Positions 18,132-22,605 of a stretch of DNA of 22,605 bases are shown one piece after another. The position numbers were made by a program, and so were the translations under genes. The stretch spans positions 1-22,605 of the forward strand of contig CAVXGR010000003.1 of the NCBI GenBank assembly GCA_963761335.1, given 5' to 3'. Position 1 is the stretch's first letter. The number at the start of each line of letters is the position of its first letter. The stretch comes from an uncultured delta proteobacterium. GTDB lineage: Bacteria > Desulfobacterota > Binatia > HRBIN30 > BPIQ01. Below the pieces are notes generated by a model. The model worked only from the letters and a program-made list of their open reading frames with translations. It did not search any database and had not been told where the DNA came from.

Positions 18132-19055
18132 CTACTCATCGGAATCGGGGCGGAGCACGTAACCAGTTGGAAGGCTCGCGACCGTTCGGTGCACTTGCGC
18201 CAAATACACCGCCAGCGTGGCGGCAGCGAGAAAAACGCCGCCCAGACCAATGAGCAGGAGCGAGAGCGCGGCAACCAAGGTCAGCGTCTGTTCGGTCCAC
18301 AGGCACCAGAGTAGGCCGATCGTGCCGCCGGTGCCGGTGACAATGCTGAGCACCGCCAGGAGCGCCAGGGGCACAGTGGTGAAGCCCGCGATGACCTCGA
18401 GGTTCAGGCGGAGCAAGGAGGCGAGCCCGTAGCGCGATGCTCCGATCCGTCGTGGGTCGTGCCGGACGTGAATCTCGACGACCCGGAACCCCAGCCATAC
18501 GGCGAGTGCGAAGAATGGCCGTCCGGGCACCCAGGCCGTGCGCGTGGCAGCAATCACGTCACGCCGATAGGCTTTGAACTGTCCGCCGAAGTCCTGAAGG
18601 TCTCCCCCGATCAAGCCACGCGCAATCCAATGGACCGCCCGCGAGCCGAGGAGGCGCCATGCCCGTTCGTGGCGCACCGCGCGGCACCCGCTTACCAGGT
18701 CGACCCCGGGTTGCAGGGCGTCGAGCAACCGCGGAATTTCCTCCGGCGGATTCTGCAAGTCACCGTCCATAGTGACGACCACACGTCCGCGCGCAGCGAA
18801 GATGCCGCAGCACAAGGCGGCGGATTGGCCGAAGTTGCGCGATAGCGTAAGCACACGCATCGCGGAGTTGGTGGCCGCGACGGCGCTGAGCAACGCAGCC
18901 GTGCGATCCGTGCTGCCATCATCGACGACCACGATCTCGAAGCGCTCCCCGCGTGCCTGCAGGCAGGCGGTCGTGCGCTCGACGAGCTCCAGAACGGTTG
19001 CCGCCTCGTTGTACAGCGGTACGACGACCGAAACATCGGGCATGTCTGCGGCCAT
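18132..19055 (-). CDS. GT2 glycosyltransferase, ArnC/DPM-DPG synthase-like (polyprenyl-phosphate sugar transferase), 307 aa
   Basis: SVVVPLYNE, VVDDGSTD, LSRNFGQSAA, TMDGDLQNPPEEIPRL, H..R..G.SRY, and two C-terminal transmembrane helices. Confidence 0.9.
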   Translation of the reverse strand: MAADMPDVSVVVPLYNEAATVLELVERTTACLQARGERFEIVVVDDGSTDRTAALLSAVAATNSAMRVLTLSRNFGQSAALCCGIFAARGRVVVTMDGDLQNPPEEIPRLLDALQPGVDLVSGCRAVRHERAWRLLGSRAVHWIARGLIGGDLQDFGGQFKAYRRDVIAATRTAWVPGRPFFALAVWLGFRVVEIHVRHDPRRIGASRYGLASLLRLNLEVIAGFTTVPLALLAVLSIVTGTGGTIGLLWCLWTEQTLTLVAALSLLLIGLGGVFLAAATLAVYLAQVHRTVASLPTGYVLRPDSDE

Positions 19056-19063
19056 TGCTTCTT

Positions 19064-19783
19064 TCACGGGAGAGCCTGTAGGACGCGTCGCGCCTCTTCC
19101 GGTCCAACGCACAGCAACAAGTCAATGGCCGACAGGTGCGACAGAAACGGCGGGTAAAGCTGCGGATACGCCGGATGGGCGTAGTGCTGGAACTCCACGC
19201 GAATGCCGTGGGCCTTGCACAGAGCGACATCGAGATAGGCTTGACCACTCTCGCTCTCGAACAGTTCGCGTGCCCCGAGCGCCTTCAGGAAAGCGATGAT
19301 GCGATGGGTAGGGCCAGGTTGTTCCGGAAACTGCTCCAAATAGCGCTGCTCGAGTCCGAGCTCTGACGACACCAGCAGAGGAGTGGTGAGGCGGAACTGG
19401 TCCACCAACCAGCGCAGTACCGGCATCGAGGCATCGACCATCCGACCGGCCCTGCCATCGAGGATCGATTCGAGCATGGCGAGCGTCTCCGCGGCGTAGG
19501 GGCTGCGTCGGTAGAAGTGTCGGAGCGTCTTGAGATGGCTGCGGGCCCAGGGCACGGCAGGGTCGAGCGGCACATCAGAGATGCGCTGGCCGCGTTCCGG
19601 CCGTGCGGGGAGCGTTAGCCAACGGGCGCCCTGCGGCCCACGAACGCGATTGCGGTGCGTCCAGCCGCTCGAGGAAAACTGCATCTCGTCGGCAATGATG
19701 AACGCATCCACACGACGGATCTGGTCGAAATATCCCAACCACGGAAGATAGCCGGGCTGGATGCCGGCGATGCGGGTGGGCAT
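19064..19783 (-). CDS. wbqC: WbqC-like family protein (proposed glycyl/aminoacyl transfer in O-antigen sugar synthesis), 239 aa
   Basis: IQPGYLPWLGYFDQI...D..QF...W..RNR, Y..SPY, and YPQ....F...LSAIDLL are the WbqC family pattern. Confidence 0.88.
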   Translation of the reverse strand: MPTRIAGIQPGYLPWLGYFDQIRRVDAFIIADEMQFSSSGWTHRNRVRGPQGARWLTLPARPERGQRISDVPLDPAVPWARSHLKTLRHFYRRSPYAAETLAMLESILDGRAGRMVDASMPVLRWLVDQFRLTTPLLVSSELGLEQRYLEQFPEQPGPTHRIIAFLKALGARELFESESGQAYLDVALCKAHGIRVEFQHYAHPAYPQLYPPFLSHLSAIDLLLCVGPEEARRVLQALP

Positions 19784-19808
19784 CGGACTCGCGGTCGCAC
19801 GCCCCTCC

Positions 19809-21032
19809 TCAGGCGACTCGTGTCAGCTCGTCGAAGTCGAGTGGCCTCACCGCGGTGCCACCGGACGGCTTCGCGACGTCCCGATAGCCCGAATCAATTT
19901 TGCGCTTCATTCGCAGCTTGAGCCATTGCGGAATCTCGAGGTCATCGATGTAGCTGTGGTTGCACTTGAGGTAATAGGCACGCCCCACCTTGACCAGCGG
20001 CGGATCCTCGGGTTGGTTGACGCGGTCGCGCCACTGTCGGTAGGCCTCCACTGCACGTGCCCGCGGCACGCCACATAGCTGCAACGTTTGCGTCCGCGTC
20101 TCGCGAGGGAGCTTCGAGTCCTTGCGGTGCCGGCCGATATACATGTTGGCGGCGAAGTTTGCGTATCCGAAACATGCGGCCGTGCGTACCACCGGGTTGC
20201 TCATGCGAGAGAGGGCAGCAAGGCCGGTCCCCCGCGACATCTGCATGTGGCGCGCCTCGTCAATGGCGTGGTTCTTGAGGATCGCGCGGACCAGCGGATG
20301 GAGGTTCGGCTCGTTGATCGTGCACCGTTCCACGGTCTTCTGGTTCACGTTCAGCACGAAACGGGTGAAATAGTAGTAATGAAGGTTGCCGCGCAGCCAG
20401 CCCACTATGGTATGCATGTTGACGTAATACCGCGTCATGCACAGGGAGACATTCGTCGCGCGCAACTGATCAAGGGTGAGGTTGTACGCCGCAAGGACCT
20501 TTCGGATGATACAGAGGAAGGCCTCGATATGCGCTGTTTCCTCGACCACCTCGCGCGCCATGTAGAGCGCAACATCGGGATCGTCGTCCATGATGGTCGC
20601 GAGCGTGGCTTGCAGATTGAGGATGTTGGTTGCTACCTCGGCGACAGCCGTCGTCAAGTAGCTCTGGCAGAATGAGAGCCGGTTGAGCATGAGCCGTTTA
20701 TCGGGCGAGAGCTCGTGCCAGATGGGCTCACCGTAGAACCAGGTCATCTCGAGCGGAAACAACGTGTGATCGCCCATCGCTGCCCCATCGAACTGCTCGG
20801 CTAGATCCAGGAAGTGAGCCCGCAGTTGATCAACGTCTCGATCACTGACTGTCTTGAGCCGCTTCGTAAAGTCAAAGGATTTTGCCACGCATCTCTCCTC
20901 GGCAGCCAAAGCACGCGATGTTTCAGGTATCACTTCCCGGTTGCGATTGACAACGAAATCGCACCGCGGGGTATTATCCCAAGTGCTTAAGACAGTACCC
21001 TGCGCCGCGCGATCCGCTGCGACTAACGACAT
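19809..21032 (-). CDS. Ferritin-like dimetal-carboxylate enzyme, AurF/CmlI N-oxygenase or CylC halogenase-like, 407 aa
   Basis: The ATG at 21032 overlaps the upstream stop. FYGEPIWHELSPDKRLMLN, AEVAT, EEtAH and HAIDEARH (HxxDExxH) are AurF-fold ligand motifs. Confidence 0.82.
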   Translation of the reverse strand: MSLVAADRAAQGTVLSTWDNTPRCDFVVNRNREVIPETSRALAAEERCVAKSFDFTKRLKTVSDRDVDQLRAHFLDLAEQFDGAAMGDHTLFPLEMTWFYGEPIWHELSPDKRLMLNRLSFCQSYLTTAVAEVATNILNLQATLATIMDDDPDVALYMAREVVEETAHIEAFLCIIRKVLAAYNLTLDQLRATNVSLCMTRYYVNMHTIVGWLRGNLHYYYFTRFVLNVNQKTVERCTINEPNLHPLVRAILKNHAIDEARHMQMSRGTGLAALSRMSNPVVRTAACFGYANFAANMYIGRHRKDSKLPRETRTQTLQLCGVPRARAVEAYRQWRDRVNQPEDPPLVKVGRAYYLKCNHSYIDDLEIPQWLKLRMKRKIDSGYRDVAKPSGGTAVRPLDFDELTRVA

Positions 21033-21943
21033 TCCGTGGCGATGGGAGCTGCCTCGACTTCGGCCAGCGCGTTCACATAGCCACGTCCAACCGCCAACCT
21101 CCAATCGGTGCACGTACCGCATATCTCCACGGCGTCGAATCGTCCATCCAGGTGTGCCTGGCGCCGCCGCCCCATTTCGGCGCCGTACCAAATCTCGGCG
21201 ATGCTGCTGTGGCGGACGTTCCCGAGCGGCGTGCGCGCATCCCAATCGGCGCCGCACATGGTCACCGTCCCGTCCTGCATGATCATCAACCAGGAGAACA
21301 GCCAGGGGCATGGTGGACGCGTCGCGCTGGCGGGTGCCGGGACGTTGATGGCTCCCCCGAAGGTGGCAGGGACGATGGTCATTACGAAGTCACGCGGACC
21401 GAGAAACGGCCGCCAAGCCGCGACGAGTTGGGGAAGCGAGGCTTCGACTGCCGGCGTACGCATGAATTGAATCGACGTAATCGGGCGGTCCCCACCATGG
21501 GCGCGCTTACGCAAGAGGAACTTTCGCACGTTCTCGGTGATCCGCTCGAAGTGATCGCGGCCTCGCATCACCAGGTAGCCGGCGCGATCGTTGGCGTCGA
21601 CGGAGCATTCCAAGCGATCCAAACCCGAATCGAGTAGCTCGTCGGCCAGCCGCCCGTGCAGCGAGAGTGCGTTGGTCGAGATACCCACTTCATACGCGCC
21701 CGCGTCCTTGGCGAAGCGGATCATTCGCAGCGCACCCTTGTGCAGCAGCGGTTCGCCCAGGAAATGCAGCCACAGCCGAGTGCGATGCTGTGCACATTCT
21801 TTGACAACGCGCTCGTAGACGTCGGCATCCATGAAGCCGAGGGGTCGCGTGAAGCGTTGCCGCGGACAAAGGATGCACCGTTGGTTACAGTAATTCGTCA
21901 ACTCGATGCTGATGCGGCTGGGGAACGGCTCGGGGCGGTTCAT
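21023..21943 (-). CDS. Radical SAM protein with four-Cys twitch/SPASM domain (BtrN-like), 306 aa
   Basis: ELTNYCNQRCILC, GEPLLH, STNA, and C-terminal C-x17-C-x44-C-x2-C with LGNV..I.EIW.G. Confidence 0.92.
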   Translation of the reverse strand: MNRPEPFPSRISIELTNYCNQRCILCPRQRFTRPLGFMDADVYERVVKECAQHRTRLWLHFLGEPLLHKGALRMIRFAKDAGAYEVGISTNALSLHGRLADELLDSGLDRLECSVDANDRAGYLVMRGRDHFERITENVRKFLLRKRAHGGDRPITSIQFMRTPAVEASLPQLVAAWRPFLGPRDFVMTIVPATFGGAINVPAPASATRPPCPWLFSWLMIMQDGTVTMCGADWDARTPLGNVRHSSIAEIWYGAEMGRRRQAHLDGRFDAVEICGTCTDWRLAVGRGYVNALAEVEAAPIATECR

Positions 21944-22098
21944 TCGCCGCTCATTCCCGGGAATCCCAGGCGAGCCTGCCGGCGTGCCAGATGGTCGTAA
22001 CGCGCGTGGGCGCTGCGGCCCGCTACGCGGTCGCGAGGCGGCTCAGCGCGCGTTGCCGCTGGATGGTGCTCTACGCCAAAGTACATGCTGCATGTCGC

Positions 22099-22127
22099 AC
22101 GATAGCCCGAATGTCGTCGCGCGTCCA
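22099..22127 (-). promoter_or_regulatory. Probable sigma70 promoter for the rSAM-diiron-WbqC-GT2 operon
   Basis: TGGACG (22127-22122), 17 nt, TATCGT (22104-22099), with a T-tract just upstream. Confidence 0.4.
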
Positions 22128-22454
22128 GGAAAAAGAGCCCGTGTGCCCGACACCATCGCTCACTGAAAACACTCCGCTTTCCTCTGCCATCTGGGGCAGA
22201 CCGCTTGCCGGTGGACCGCATCTCTGTCGGGTGGTAATCACTCGTCCGATGGTGCCGACGCACAGCGCAGGATTGGAGGGGCACATTGCCGAGGCCGTCG
22301 GTGGTCAGGGAGCTTAGCTGGGTGGCGAAGCCGCACCCGGCCGCGCGCCCTTTCACTGGCCACGGTGCTCCTGGAGCCACGAACGATAACTTGGTGACCG
22401 GTTCGGCGGGAACGCGCGCCAATAGCGGGGACTGAGGGCAGGGTCGGCGAATCG

Positions 22455-22605
22455 GTGGACTCGACACTCGGCCGCACCACTCGCCTGCGCCGGTGGGGGA
22501 TGCTGAGCGCGGTGCCGCTGCTGCTGGCCTATGCCCTGCCTCTCCTGGCGCCGCCGCCGGCCGCGTGGAAGGCGGCGGCGCCAGGCGGCGGGCTGTGCGA
22601 GCGGA
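22455..22605 (+). CDS. 5' end of a third GT-C-like membrane protein paralog, truncated by the window
   Basis: GTG at 22455 or ATG at 22500: ..MLSAVPLLLAYALPLLAPPPAAWKAAAPGGGLCER, matching LLLVYALPVFFPPPP (3718) and LLLAYALPLFCAPAA (1165). Absent from the ORF track. Confidence 0.65.
   Translation, partial: MDSTLGRTTRLRRWGMLSAVPLLLAYALPLLAPPPAAWKAAAPGGGLCER

Noticed and set aside
21033..21311. N-terminal extension of the diiron ORF to 21311
   Set aside because: It overlaps the radical SAM twitch domain in another frame; the ATG at 21032 fits translational coupling.
21974..21990. Sigma54-like TGGCACG on the minus strand upstream of the rSAM gene
   Set aside because: The -12 TTGC element is missing at the required spacing.
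22150..22450. Possible riboswitch or ncRNA in the divergent intergenic region (small hairpin near 22320-22349)
   Set aside because: I recognised no cobalamin, SAM or c-di-GMP consensus, and short GC hairpins are expected by chance. An Infernal/Rfam scan would settle it.

Overview
GC-rich bacterial DNA with about 17 genes and no rRNA, tRNA, CRISPR array, transposase or integrase. The C-terminal CxGDC-type dockerin-like tails on secreted proteins suggest Candidatus Binatia or a related deltaproteobacteria-like lineage (inference). Left end: two tandem paralogous radical SAM/SPASM-twitch genes with several frameshifts, coupled to a GT-C-like membrane protein, with a divergent paralog of that membrane protein. 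Middle: a MenA/MenT-like nucleotidyltransferase toxin-antitoxin pair, an arylamine N-acetyltransferase, a Pro/Thr-rich lipoprotein, a large STAND ATPase-TPR regulator, a secreted S1 protease, a B12-binding radical SAM enzyme and a secreted YVTN+Kelch double beta-propeller protein. Right end, the most interesting part: an apparently lower-GC operon of BtrN-like twitch radical SAM, AurF/CylC-like diiron enzyme, WbqC-family protein and ArnC-like GT2, with a third GT-C paralog starting divergently at the window edge. This looks like an arn-style pathway for attaching an unusually modified (oxidised or halogenated, aminoacylated) sugar to the cell surface. All family assignments come from motif reading and recalled family knowledge; no database search was run.
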